Source: a virus (lineage: Duplodnaviria > Caudoviricetes). Taken from it: a stretch of 61,753 nt of DNA. Numbering within the stretch: the first letter of the stretch is position 1; each line of letters starts with the position of its first letter. The stretch spans positions 1 through 61,753 of the IMG/VR virus record IMGVR_UViG_3300044643_000906; one strand, given 5' to 3'. Made by a program: the position numbers and the translations under genes. Shown here in pieces: positions 17,728 through 27,933 of this stretch. The notes under the pieces are model-generated. The model searched no databases. It saw only the letters and a list, made by a program, of their open reading frames with translations, and was not told where the DNA came from.

Positions 17728-17729
17728 TA

Positions 17730-20231
17730 CTACTCCTTAGAGTACGGGTGCTTGCGGCGTCCCTTGCTGGCGTCTTCGGCAGCCTTCTTGCGATCTGCCC
17801 GTGCCTTCTCAACCTCTTCTGGAGTTGGCTGGCTCCACGCACCGCCGGATCGTCGCTGGCCTGCCGGGCGTGGCGGGCCCACTCGGCCAGCAGGTACGGG
17901 CGGTAGTTCTGCCTTGCCAGCAGATGGCGTCACGCCGTTCAGATCGTTGTACACCGCGTCGGCCTGCTCGGGGCTCATGCCAGCGTGCGTGCTGGCGTAG
18001 GCCCGGAACTCCTCCTGAGTCATCGGCGCAGACGGCCTGCCAGTTACCGGATCGACAGTCGGCTTACCGTCATCGCCCAACCTCTTCATCTCGTTGGTAA
18101 GGTGGGATCGCACGCCCGGGTGCATGCTGCCACCAGCGGCGTTCATCAGTGCCCGCCGTCGGAGAGTACTGGTTGCCAGTTCCAACGCCTGATCTTCGGA
18201 GAGGTGCGGGTGATTGCTCCGCAGCTGGGCAGCCATCTCGTTCCGAGAGTTCCCCATAGACAGTGCGGGGTTGGCGAACGCCTCGTCCGCGTAGCCGTTG
18301 GCAGTGGACTGCGGCGTGCCAGCTGCGGCCCTCTCTGCCTGCTTGACTCGCACGGCCTGATCGCCTTCGGCCGCGGTCTGCGTCAGCTGGCGCTCCGCAT
18401 CCTTAACGGCCTTTGCTTCCGCGAGTCGGGCGGCGTGGTCGGCCACCTTCTCGTTGATTACTCGCAGAGCTTCCGCCTCTTGGACGGTTAGCTCGCTAGT
18501 CTTCTCCTTCTCCTCCAGACGCAGCTTGAGGCCCTGCTCGGCAAGCGATAGAGCATAGCCATGCTGGTCTTTAGCCAGCGTCCGGTCGTGCTCCCAGCCT
18601 TCGCGGCGGATTTGCATCTCGTCACCGCGAGCGTCCTTCGCCGCGGCGGTGTCCCTATCCTTCATCTCTCCTTCGTGCAGCTGATCGTCCTCGCGAGCCT
18701 TGTCGGCCTGAGTGTTATCGATTCCACGCAGGTCAACGGTGTTCTTGTGCTTCGCTGCCTCCGCATCGGCAGCGTCCATCGCCGCCATCCGCTCTTGGTA
18801 CATCGGGTTGCCGGTGATCTGGCCCAAGCGACTCAAGCCCTCACGCACAGTGGCGGGGTCGGCTGACCGAGTCTTCTCATCGAGGTGGCCCGTGTATCCC
18901 TTGCGTTCCCAGATCGCTTCGTTGGCACGGGCGTGCTGGGCTTTGCGTGCGGCCTGTCGCTCAAGAAACTCCTTGCTGGCCTGCGGCCTGCCACCCGGAA
19001 ACATTTCCTTCTCGACCTCTTCGGGCGTCTTGCCGGTCGCTTGAGCAAGCTTTGCCACCTGACGGTCGGCGGCGAAGTTAGGGTCGCGTGCGGCCTTCTC
19101 GGCATTACGCCGCTCGATGCGTGCGTTGTACTGCTCGGGCGTGATCTTGTCGGCGGGTGTGCCGTCGCCGTACTTCGCCTGATCGTTGGTGGCGTGCTTG
19201 CGATGGACGCCCGGCATGGTCTTCAGCCACTCAGCCTCACGGCGTGCTTCCTGCGCCTGCTGGGCGTTGCTCATGCCAAGGCCCGGATTGGCTGGCGTTG
19301 CCTTGGGCTTCTCGCTGTAGGCACGGGCCGCTTCCTCTGGGGTCAGGCCGTAGCCAGCTGCACGCTCGGTGAAGTCCTGAAGAGAGATGGGTTGCCACCC
19401 TTGCGGCTTGGCTGCCGGAGCACCACGCAGACCTTCCTGCTTGGCACGCTCCTCAAGTAACTCTCGTCCGGTGAGGTGACCACCCAGCTGGCTGCGAGCG
19501 TATTCGTCCTGACGCCGCTCCATCCCTCGCACTCTTACAACATCCTCTTTCGCTTTCGCTCTCTCAGCGGGCGTGTTCCAAAGGTCGAGGAGTCGTGGGT
19601 CTAGACCTCCGGCCCGTCGGCTCTCGCTCTCGGCCAGACGGCGAGACTCCTCCTCGGTGTACCCAGCGTCGATCAGCTGCTGGGTGCGTTCGGCAAAGGT
19701 GTCGCGGTCTGTCGTGTTTCCGACGACCGTCTCGGCAGGGGGGGCGCTGACCTCCCTTTGTGGCCGCGGAGGTGCGGCAGTGCGGGGCATCGATGGCGGA
19801 ACAGCCACATGCCCGCCGTCACGACGATTCCTTCCGGCCTGTGCGTCGATGTCCGACCACTTGTCGAGCATCTCTCGGCTCGGGAGTGGCCGCTTGGAAC
19901 CGTCGGGGAGGTACATCATCTGTTGCGCGAGCGCGGACACTTGTGGCGCATCGCCCATCCCGGTCTGGCGGGCCGCACGAATCCGGTCGATCATGGCGTT
20001 GGAGTCGGCAGCCTTCGCCGTCAGCTTCGCATCACGGGCCCGCAGCTGGTTCTTGAAGGCGTTCGTGAACTGATCTTCCGACATGGCGGCGGCTTCGCCA
20101 GACAGCCTGTCCGACCGCTGCTCGGGCGTCTCGGGTGCCGCCTGCTGGGCAGGAGGACGAACGCCAGCGGAGTTTACGCCGGGCCTGACGACGTTGGCTT
20201 GCAGTCTTCGGATGCGGTCTTGGATGTCCAT
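17730..20231 (-). CDS. Putative internal virion protein (833 aa)
   Basis: Long A/E/R/Q-rich ORF in the ejection-protein position. Confidence 0.6.
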   Translation of the reverse strand: MDIQDRIRRLQANVVRPGVNSAGVRPPAQQAAPETPEQRSDRLSGEAAAMSEDQFTNAFKNQLRARDAKLTAKAADSNAMIDRIRAARQTGMGDAPQVSALAQQMMYLPDGSKRPLPSREMLDKWSDIDAQAGRNRRDGGHVAVPPSMPRTAAPPRPQREVSAPPAETVVGNTTDRDTFAERTQQLIDAGYTEEESRRLAESESRRAGGLDPRLLDLWNTPAERAKAKEDVVRVRGMERRQDEYARSQLGGHLTGRELLEERAKQEGLRGAPAAKPQGWQPISLQDFTERAAGYGLTPEEAARAYSEKPKATPANPGLGMSNAQQAQEARREAEWLKTMPGVHRKHATNDQAKYGDGTPADKITPEQYNARIERRNAEKAARDPNFAADRQVAKLAQATGKTPEEVEKEMFPGGRPQASKEFLERQAARKAQHARANEAIWERKGYTGHLDEKTRSADPATVREGLSRLGQITGNPMYQERMAAMDAADAEAAKHKNTVDLRGIDNTQADKAREDDQLHEGEMKDRDTAAAKDARGDEMQIRREGWEHDRTLAKDQHGYALSLAEQGLKLRLEEKEKTSELTVQEAEALRVINEKVADHAARLAEAKAVKDAERQLTQTAAEGDQAVRVKQAERAAAGTPQSTANGYADEAFANPALSMGNSRNEMAAQLRSNHPHLSEDQALELATSTLRRRALMNAAGGSMHPGVRSHLTNEMKRLGDDGKPTVDPVTGRPSAPMTQEEFRAYASTHAGMSPEQADAVYNDLNGVTPSAGKAELPPVPAGRVGPPRPAGQRRSGGAWSQPTPEEVEKARADRKKAAEDASKGRRKHPYSKE

Positions 20232-23200
20232 CAGCGTCCCAGTGCTTTCATGAGGCGGGAGAGTTTGGCCCGCGGGTCATCAGAGTTTTTGGCCCGCTCC
20301 GGCCCCATGGAAACACGGCCAGCGTTCGGATCAGGCAGGAACAGGTCACGACCGGCGTGCGGGTCTGGCAGGACAAGGTCGTCGTGGTTCGGGTTAGCGA
20401 GTACTAATTCCTCTTCCGGCGGCGCTTGGTAGCGAGCGGCCTGCGGGGCACGGTAGCCCGGGGGTAGGCGTCGGCCGGGAGGGGGAGGTGCATCTATGGA
20501 TACGTCCTCCATAAGGTCGGGGCCGTCATCGGGCAGGCCCACCTGTGTCTCGGTCGGACGGTCAGGCACCTGCTCTGGCGGCTCTGCCGGGGCAGCTGCC
20601 TTCCGCTCCTCCTCGTTGGCTGCGTAGAAGCCGCCCGCAGCGGCGAGGGCGGCAGCGGCCGTGAGCGAGTTCCTGCGGAGTCGGGCCTCATCAGCCCGCC
20701 TCGTGACGTTGCTGACGGCCCCCGGCGTAGGCATAGAGAAGCCCTCGCCCTCCATGCGGTCGATGTCGCTGTCCTCCAGAACCTGAGCGTGGTTCCTCCT
20801 GCGGTCAAGCTCCCGCACCGGGGTCGGCTGCGAGAAGCCCTCGTCGTCCATACGGGACATGCCGTCCTCATCAAACACCTGATCGGCGGCGTGCCTGCGG
20901 GCCATCTCTGCGGCCCGTCGGGCCTCGATGCGGGCGGCGACGGTGTCGGCTGGTTCGGGGCTGGAGAACCCCTCGTCGTCCATCCGGGTGAGAGCGTCTT
21001 CGTCAGCGAACTGGTCAGCGGCCTGCCTGCGAGCCATGGCCTCAAGTCGGCTGGTGTGAGCATCATCAACGGCAGACCCGGCGCTGTCCCACTGCGATGA
21101 GTACTGGGCCCTGCGGGCCTGCTCGTCGGCAACCTTCTTAGCGGCTGCGTCACTGGCAGCACGCTGACGACGAGCGAGGTCGGCCTCGTATGCCGCGTCC
21201 TCCAGCTGCGACTGCTTCTCATCCCACTCTCGCTCATAGCGCCGCGGGTTCGGGCCGACAGGCTCCATGCCGCCCTCGTCTGCCATGCGTGCCGCCTCCA
21301 TCTCGGAGGTGTCTGGCTGGGGCCGACTGCGAACTCGGGTCTGCTTGGGCTTGGCCGTCACATCGAGGTTGCCGTCACCGCCAGCAGCGTCGTCGGCAAC
21401 GCCAACCTGAGTCTCCTGCTTGGGAGCAGCCTTCGGCTTGGGCTCGGGCTTAGGTGCAGGTGCAGCTGGCTTCGGAACGTGGTTGCCGCCTCGCGCCTTG
21501 CGTGCCTTCTCCCACTCCTCAGTCACTATGCGGCGGAAGATGTCGTCGCCCCACTGCTCGGTCGTCTTTGCACCACGCAAGGGCTTCCCCTCTTCGGCGG
21601 CGGGCTTCGCAGCAGCTGGCTTCTCGGCCGGTGGCTTTGTTCCACGTTTGCCAGCAGCGGGCTTGGTTTCGACCACGGGCGGCGTTGCGGCAGTTTCAGT
21701 GGTCTTAGTTGGGATGGGGCCGAGCCTCTTCACGGCATCCTCTGCGGCACCGGCAGCTTCGAAGTGAGCAGTGCCAGCCTTCTCCCCGAGCTTAAGGATT
21801 TCAGCGTCGAGCACTGCGAGCCGTTCGTTCAACTCTCCTGCCATGCTCGGGTCGGCGTTGCGGGCATCTTCAGCGAGTGCTGCGTAACGCTCGGTCAGTG
21901 GCACGGTGCTAGCCTGACCGCGGGTCGTGGAGGTATCCCCGGCAGCCTTCCTTGCCCCCTTCACGCCACTGTCGGCATCGAGGGAGGAGGCGACCGTGTC
22001 CTTCGCGATGGCAGGGCCAGCCTTCTTGCCGCTTGGCTTGCCAGCGATTACGTCAACGACCGTGCTCTTCTTGCTCGCCATGTCAGTGCCTTCATTAAGG
22101 GCGGTGTCGCCCGGGGTGGTAGGTGTTTCCGCGACCGTCACGTCTGACGATTCGGGGAGTACTGTGTTCTGCGACTTACGGTTGACCCGGGTCTTAGCCC
22201 GTGCCGCCGCCTTCTCCCGTGCGATGCGAGTCTTCTCCGACTCTTTGAATAGCTCGCCCTGCGCTCGGCGCGTCTCAATGATGTCTTCCAGATACGCCTT
22301 CTGGTCGGGGTCGGTGATCTCGCCAGCGCGGTACGCCGCAAGCTCCTCCTCGATGTTCTTCGGCACCTTCCCCTGCGGACGCTGCTCAACGGGCAGGGTC
22401 GGCTTAGGGTCAAGATCGGGCTTGGCGTTGATGGTCGGATCGAACCGCTTGTTCGGCAGACTGCTCGGGGCGGACGCCGGGGCCACGCGAGAGGGCTGGG
22501 CAGCCGACCTCTCGCCGCGAGACTGAAAGGATGCGTCGGTGCTTCGCTTGGCGTCCCGCTGAACCTTGTTGTACCACTCCGGCATTACTGCTGGCATCTC
22601 GCGGCCAGCTGCCGCCATGAGCCCCTGCACGACGCCGTGGATGGCGTCTTGGTCTGCCACTGCGGTGGCACGCTCCGCGGTGGGGATGCGGTCGATCATC
22701 GCGTCACGAGCGGCACGGTGGGCAATCTTGAGTGCTGTTTCTTCGTCGGCCTGCCGCAGGTAGTTGAGGACTTGGTCGGAGCCGCTACGCCCAGCAGCGT
22801 CTCGCGTGTAGTTGTCGTCCATCAGGCGGCGGGCTGCATCCTGCCGGTCGAAGCCCGACTGCGTGGATCGCTGGCGAAGCCTGTTAAACTCGCTCTCGGG
22901 AACAACGTCCTCGATGGCAGCGCCGGGAGAGAATCCCTCGGGCGCGGCCGGGTCAAATCCAGCTGCGGCTACGGCGCGACTGCGCTGCCGTGCCTCCTGC
23001 GACTTGTTGGCTTCGTTCTCTGCGACGTAGCCGAGCCGTTTCTCCTTATTCCCATCGACCGGCTTCGCCTTCACCTTGGTATCGTCAACGATCTTGGTGT
23101 CGGTGACTTTGTGGCTGTAGTCTTTCGCAAACTCTTCGAACGGGTAGACGACGGTGCCGTCTGCGTCTTTGGTTAGGCCATCCTTCTCCAGCTGCTTGTA

Positions 23201-24073
23201 CCACTTCTTGAGTTGTGCGTAGGCATTCTTGAGATTCACCGACAGCGTCTTGTCTGTCGCCCCCTTGATTACCCCGCCCTCCTTGCCCATGCGGTCGATG
23301 TGCGACCGGGACTCAGGGAGCCGCTTACGGACGAGGGTAACGTCCTCCACTTCGGTGACGTTGACAGTGTTCTTCTTGACCTTACCGCCCTTGCCTTCAA
23401 CGTCGATCTTTTTCTTGCCGCCACGCTTCTTCTCGGCAGGCGTGATCTTCTTCGGATCATCCGGCGGGGAGATGTACACGCCGTCGCCTTCAGCTGCTTC
23501 CTTGGCCGCACCTTCGCCAGCACCGACGCCTTCGAACCCGGCGTCGAGCTTCGGGGCAGGGGCCTCACCAGCGAGGGCGAGATCGAAGTCATCAGCCCAC
23601 GACTGATTGCGGGCATACAGAGCAGCCCGGATGGCCTTCTGCTTCTTGTGGCCGGGGTCGTCACCGATGTGCCGCCGGAGTTCAGCCAGCCCCTCGGGCG
23701 TAGCGATGAGGTCGCGAATCTCTTCGGCCGGGTACTCGCGTCGGATGGGCGTGCGGCTGCCTTGTCCGGTCTTGGGCTTGTTGGCCTCGGCATCGGCCCG
23801 TGAAAGAGTACTGTCGATTACGTCATCGACGCGGTTCCGCTTCGCCGCCCCGGAGATCATCTTCTCCAGAGCATCGACGTTCTCGCCTTCCTTCGGCCTC
23901 TTGGGCGCTTCAGCCTTGGCGGGCGTCTTCCTCTTGACGGGCGGCTTCCTTGCCGTTGGCTGGGCCTTGAGCGACTTGTCAGCCAACGCCTTCTTGGCAC
24001 GAGCCGCACCAAGCCCGCCGCCGGGGGCGTTCTGCCGGAGAATCTCTGTGAAGCGGTCGCGGGCAGCCATCAC
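20231..24073 (-). CDS. Putative internal virion protein (1280 aa, low complexity, internal repeats)
   Basis: Long charged/disordered ORF with RM(D/A/E)(D/G)EG(F/G) repeats. Confidence 0.6.
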   Translation of the reverse strand: MMAARDRFTEILRQNAPGGGLGAARAKKALADKSLKAQPTARKPPVKRKTPAKAEAPKRPKEGENVDALEKMISGAAKRNRVDDVIDSTLSRADAEANKPKTGQGSRTPIRREYPAEEIRDLIATPEGLAELRRHIGDDPGHKKQKAIRAALYARNQSWADDFDLALAGEAPAPKLDAGFEGVGAGEGAAKEAAEGDGVYISPPDDPKKITPAEKKRGGKKKIDVEGKGGKVKKNTVNVTEVEDVTLVRKRLPESRSHIDRMGKEGGVIKGATDKTLSVNLKNAYAQLKKWYKQLEKDGLTKDADGTVVYPFEEFAKDYSHKVTDTKIVDDTKVKAKPVDGNKEKRLGYVAENEANKSQEARQRSRAVAAAGFDPAAPEGFSPGAAIEDVVPESEFNRLRQRSTQSGFDRQDAARRLMDDNYTRDAAGRSGSDQVLNYLRQADEETALKIAHRAARDAMIDRIPTAERATAVADQDAIHGVVQGLMAAAGREMPAVMPEWYNKVQRDAKRSTDASFQSRGERSAAQPSRVAPASAPSSLPNKRFDPTINAKPDLDPKPTLPVEQRPQGKVPKNIEEELAAYRAGEITDPDQKAYLEDIIETRRAQGELFKESEKTRIAREKAAARAKTRVNRKSQNTVLPESSDVTVAETPTTPGDTALNEGTDMASKKSTVVDVIAGKPSGKKAGPAIAKDTVASSLDADSGVKGARKAAGDTSTTRGQASTVPLTERYAALAEDARNADPSMAGELNERLAVLDAEILKLGEKAGTAHFEAAGAAEDAVKRLGPIPTKTTETAATPPVVETKPAAGKRGTKPPAEKPAAAKPAAEEGKPLRGAKTTEQWGDDIFRRIVTEEWEKARKARGGNHVPKPAAPAPKPEPKPKAAPKQETQVGVADDAAGGDGNLDVTAKPKQTRVRSRPQPDTSEMEAARMADEGGMEPVGPNPRRYEREWDEKQSQLEDAAYEADLARRQRAASDAAAKKVADEQARRAQYSSQWDSAGSAVDDAHTSRLEAMARRQAADQFADEDALTRMDDEGFSSPEPADTVAARIEARRAAEMARRHAADQVFDEDGMSRMDDEGFSQPTPVRELDRRRNHAQVLEDSDIDRMEGEGFSMPTPGAVSNVTRRADEARLRRNSLTAAAALAAAGGFYAANEEERKAAAPAEPPEQVPDRPTETQVGLPDDGPDLMEDVSIDAPPPPGRRLPPGYRAPQAARYQAPPEEELVLANPNHDDLVLPDPHAGRDLFLPDPNAGRVSMGPERAKNSDDPRAKLSRLMKALGR

Positions 24074-24474
24074 TTCCCCTTCTTGCCGAAGGGAAATCCG
24101 CCACCCTTTTTCTTTCCGAATGGTGGAGCTTTCTTGCCGCCGACCTTCTTTCCAAAGTCAGGCTTCTCGCCCTTCTTGAAGGAGGGTTTCTTGGACGGCT
24201 TGTCGTCGTCATCATCCTTGTCGTCGTCGTCATCGCCCTTGATCGCGGCTTTGATGTCCGACGAGTGGAGATCATCCTCCTCGACCTCGGGCGCGTTGCT
24301 CTTGCCCTTCGACTCATCGAGGTCAGCAAGGTCTTCACGCTCCTTGTCCTCGTCTTCGCGAGCGGCCTTCTTCTTGTCGTCGGCGTGGTCGCCCTTCTTC
24401 ATCAATGCGTTCTTGAGCATTCGCTCCAGAGCGGCACGAGTGAGATCGCGGAAGTCGAGAGATTCGTGAGACAA
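24070..24474 (-). CDS. Highly charged small protein
   Basis: TTG start with GAGG RBS. D/E-rich middle and KKP(P/S/D)F(G/K)KK tail. Confidence 0.6.
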   Translation of the reverse strand: MSHESLDFRDLTRAALERMLKNALMKKGDHADDKKKAAREDEDKEREDLADLDESKGKSNAPEVEEDDLHSSDIKAAIKGDDDDDKDDDDDKPSKKPSFKKGEKPDFGKKVGGKKAPPFGKKKGGGFPFGKKGK

Positions 24475-24483
24475 GGGGTCACC

Positions 24484-25062
24484 TCAAACGTAGGCGTTGT
24501 AAATTTGCAGCTGACCCGACTGCTGGGCAGCACCGATCTTGGCGGCAGCCATCTGCCTCGCCATTTCCACAGACCAATCGCTCTGACCCAACGCTTGCTG
24601 GATCATTGCCAACTTCTGCGCCTCCATTTCGGAGCCGTACTGGAAGTCGAGTCGTTGCTTTGCGTTGGTGGTGTCGGCTTGCAGCTGCGTCTGTGCGGCC
24701 TGCTGACGGGCGTCTGCCAGTGCGGTCGCACTACCGAGAGCAGCTGCCGATTGCTGGGCCTTGCCATTGCTCACGCCAGCCTTGGTGAACTGCTTCTTCT
24801 GGTTGCGCAGGTCACCAGCCGCATCGCCCATAGCGAGGCCGCTTGAGATGGAGTCAGTCGGATCAACGGCGACGGGCATCTTCCATGTGGACTGAGCAGA
24901 CAGACCACCAGCTGCTTGGGCAGGAGCAGCAGCCTTGGCGGCAGCCGCCCTTGCCGCGGCGGGCGATGCGGGCGCAGAGGAGTTCGAAATGGAAGGCGTG
25001 CGGGCCTGCCATGCGCGACCCGCCGCAGGGGACGAACCAGCCTTTGGGTCAGATGAGATCAT
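24484..25062 (-). CDS. Putative virion (pilot/ejection-like) protein
   Basis: Ala/Gln-rich, coupled to the upstream gene. Confidence 0.55.
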   Translation of the reverse strand: MISSDPKAGSSPAAGRAWQARTPSISNSSAPASPAAARAAAAKAAAPAQAAGGLSAQSTWKMPVAVDPTDSISSGLAMGDAAGDLRNQKKQFTKAGVSNGKAQQSAAALGSATALADARQQAAQTQLQADTTNAKQRLDFQYGSEMEAQKLAMIQQALGQSDWSVEMARQMAAAKIGAAQQSGQLQIYNAYV

Positions 25063-25475
25063 CCGTTCCCCCGTGCTCTATTCATCCAGTGCCGGATGTT
25101 GGCGGCGGTGATGCCAGACTGAAATCCGATGTTGCTGGCCTGAACGCCAGCATTCAGATCAATCGCCTGCGCCTGACGCTGATTCAGCTGGTCGTGAATC
25201 GTGGATTGGTCATTCAATCCACTGATCGTGGCGTCAGACCTTCGTGCCTGAGAGTCAGCCATGAACTGGGCGTTAGCGCCCTGAGCAGCGAGCCCAAGCT
25301 GGGCCCGGTCGTTCTGGGCGGTCATCTTGGCGAACTGGTTCGCCCTCTGATCCGCCATAGGGGAGGGCTTGAGGAGCCCGGTCAGCGCACCCGCGTTCGT
25401 CGCCGGGCCAGCTTGAATGCCGGTCTGGTAGCCAACTTTGGGTTGCGCGTTCGCGATAGCCATGCCTGCCTCCAA
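25059..25475 (-). CDS. Putative virion (pilot/ejection-like) protein
   Basis: Ala/Gln/Asn-rich. The likely start is ATG 25463 after GGAGG. Confidence 0.55.
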   Translation of the reverse strand: MEAGMAIANAQPKVGYQTGIQAGPATNAGALTGLLKPSPMADQRANQFAKMTAQNDRAQLGLAAQGANAQFMADSQARRSDATISGLNDQSTIHDQLNQRQAQAIDLNAGVQASNIGFQSGITAANIRHWMNRARGNG

Positions 25476-25513
25476 TGGCCTTTTGGCCCGGAGACAGGGG
25501 TTTCAGCAGAAAG

Positions 25514-25945
25514 TCAGGGCCTTGCGTCGGGGTACTTAGAGCCCCGGTAAATGGCTAGTTTCAACAGCTTCTTCCCGGCGAACGGGACGTATGGCAGTGA
25601 GCGTTTCCCAGCCTCCTCGGCCAGCCAGCCCTTCTCCCCGGCGATTAGCTCCTCGTTCTCCCTGCACCACTGGAGGCCCTTGTCATCCATAGTTCGGGCC
25701 CGAGCGTTACATCGGCAGGTCGGACTGCTCGTGATCCCAATCAGTTTCAATAGCCCCTTCATCGCCGTGCCAGCGCCCGGGGGCGGTAGTTCCGCGTCGG
25801 GCCGCGGATGGGGGTAGTGCGGGCTCGCGGGATCGATAGTCCACAGATCGCCATCCTGATGGACGACGCTGGGCATAACGTCCTCCAGCTTGTAGCCCCT
25901 CTCAGAGCAGCGGGCGATGAGGTGTCGCTTATCGCAGGTGATCAT
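25514..25945 (-). CDS. Conserved-looking hypothetical protein (GAGT.MK.LL..IGI....CRCN.RA..MD..G..WC..N)
   Basis: ATGA overlap with the Cys-rich gene. I recall this motif from planctomycete-type phage contigs (not verified). Confidence 0.65.
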   Translation of the reverse strand: MITCDKRHLIARCSERGYKLEDVMPSVVHQDGDLWTIDPASPHYPHPRPDAELPPPGAGTAMKGLLKLIGITSSPTCRCNARARTMDDKGLQWCRENEELIAGEKGWLAEEAGKRSLPYVPFAGKKLLKLAIYRGSKYPDARP

Positions 25946-27933
25946 GGGAGTGGGTTCCCGTCGCGGGCCGAGCCAAACGTGATGCGGCACATTCCGGGCG
26001 TGACGCCTATGTTTCTCCAAAAACTCCGCTGCGTTTGGAGTGCCTTGGGGCCAGCTGTTGTGTTGGTTCCGAAAGTCCAACCATCCCGATACGGAGGCAG
26101 AGCCACGCCGTCGCGGTTCCGGCTCCAGAATCCGTTCACGCACTCCGAATCGCCGCTGACTGTATAAAGTCCCAAGTAGGCGTAGTCGCATCCGTTGGAA
26201 TCGAATTCGGTGCCTCGCGTGAGTTCCAGATCATGCTGCGGCCACCCAGAAGGAAGTGTCAGCGTGCCTTTCCAGACAATCGCGCTAGGGAGCAAGAAGT
26301 CCAGAAGCTGAAGTTCGACGGTCTGGTTGAAGACAGCCGCGTACCCACTCTGTGGCACACCCGTGTCCGCATCTGGTAGGCAGTCCGGCAGAGGGGAGCG
26401 GTCAACGAATCCGCACAGGGCGACTGTGACTTTAGTCGGAACCGACTCGCCGCAGCCCTGCGGCAGGCACGCACCCTCACAAAGTGCGGGCGTGTCATAT
26501 AGCGTTACGCCATCTGGGCACGGCGAATCGACAGCGAGGCAGTTCCCGCTCGCGCAGCACTTCTTGCAGGTCTGGTTCTCGCAGTAGTACTTGTACACGG
26601 GCGGATTGCAGACGGGCTCGCACTCGGAAGTCTTGCCGTATGGGCCCGACTCCTTGTTGACGTTCTCGTTCACGCAGGTGGCAGGAAGTAGCGGGCCTTC
26701 GCAAATCCGGTTGTCACAGTTCTCGGCAGGCTGATCGCGTGGGCAGTTGTAAAGAAGATACCACTCGCCGTTCGGCTGCTGAGACAGATCGGTGTCGAAC
26801 CCTGCCTCCTTGAAAGCCTGCTCCTCGGCCCTTGCCCGCTCCTCTTCTAATGGGCTGAAGATAATCATTGGCTGCCCAAGGCATGAGTACGATGCCGTGC
26901 AGCCGTCTGGCGAATCCTCCTGACAGACCTTCACCGTGCTGTACGGAGTGGTGATGTCGTTGTAAGACCAGCAGTAGATTCTGTGGCAGTCATCCTCGCA
27001 CGCCTTCTTGTCATCGTGCGGGCCAGACCGCTCAAACCCCGGATCACATTCGCCTAGCTGGCAGTACGATCCCCGCGTCGGATCGCCCTGAGAAACCCAG
27101 CAGCAGTAGTAGTTGTCGCACTCGTCATCGCAAGCAGCCTGTGAGGAATACGCCGGGGCACCGGGGGCAGGCGGCGAGGCCAGCTGCTGGCAGGGATCGC
27201 CCGGCGTAACGCAGTACCATTTCTCGGGCAGGCAGTCGGCCACGCACTCGTCATATGTGCCGTGCTCCTCGCAGAACACTCCGAACGAGCACTCCGGCGG
27301 CGGGCCGTCATAGCTGATCACGCACCGTTTATTATCAACGCACCAGATGGTACGGCGTCGTGTCGAGCAGGAAGACTCGCAGAGAGCCAGCGCGGTCGGG
27401 CCGGAGATAACCAGATGCCCCGTGGGGTCGATCACGCATGCGTAGTGCTCAGGCTGCGAACCGTCGAACCCGTTCAGCAAGACGCAGTAGTACAGCGACT
27501 CGCACTCCGCATCGCATTCGGGCTTGTCTTTGTACGGGCCGGAGCGAACAAGTCCCTCGTCGGGCCCCTTACCCTGCTGGCAGGCAGACCCCTTCGTGTA
27601 GTCGGCGCTCTTGTAGACGCAGTACCACGCATAGTCCTTCGGGCAATTCTCCTCGCACGCGGACTTCGAAGGGTAGGAAGCAATCGCGTCAGTTGGGTCG
27701 GTATCGCACTCGTAATCAACATGGCAGAAATGCTCGACCCGGTCTTCGCACAGGCGCAGGCACTCAGCCTGCGTGGCGTGCTCCGAGATGTGCCCCGGCT
27801 CGTTCTGGTCGCATGTGTAGTCGGGAAGATGGCAGTACCACTTCGCGCAACAGGCGTCCGCGCACCCGGCGACGAAAGCCTTGAGAGCACCGCCGATTGA
27901 GGCGAGCAAGCCGTCTTTAACGAGAAGTGGCAT
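25942..27933 (-). CDS. Cysteine-rich repeat protein (59 Cys in 663 aa), probably virion-associated
   Basis: About nine repeats of aromatic-aromatic-C...C...(SGP)Y/H-x5-C-x3-C, located within the tail module. Confidence 0.8.
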   Translation of the reverse strand: MPLLVKDGLLASIGGALKAFVAGCADACCAKWYCHLPDYTCDQNEPGHISEHATQAECLRLCEDRVEHFCHVDYECDTDPTDAIASYPSKSACEENCPKDYAWYCVYKSADYTKGSACQQGKGPDEGLVRSGPYKDKPECDAECESLYYCVLLNGFDGSQPEHYACVIDPTGHLVISGPTALALCESSCSTRRRTIWCVDNKRCVISYDGPPPECSFGVFCEEHGTYDECVADCLPEKWYCVTPGDPCQQLASPPAPGAPAYSSQAACDDECDNYYCCWVSQGDPTRGSYCQLGECDPGFERSGPHDDKKACEDDCHRIYCWSYNDITTPYSTVKVCQEDSPDGCTASYSCLGQPMIIFSPLEEERARAEEQAFKEAGFDTDLSQQPNGEWYLLYNCPRDQPAENCDNRICEGPLLPATCVNENVNKESGPYGKTSECEPVCNPPVYKYYCENQTCKKCCASGNCLAVDSPCPDGVTLYDTPALCEGACLPQGCGESVPTKVTVALCGFVDRSPLPDCLPDADTGVPQSGYAAVFNQTVELQLLDFLLPSAIVWKGTLTLPSGWPQHDLELTRGTEFDSNGCDYAYLGLYTVSGDSECVNGFWSRNRDGVALPPYRDGWTFGTNTTAGPKALQTQRSFWRNIGVTPGMCRITFGSARDGNPLP

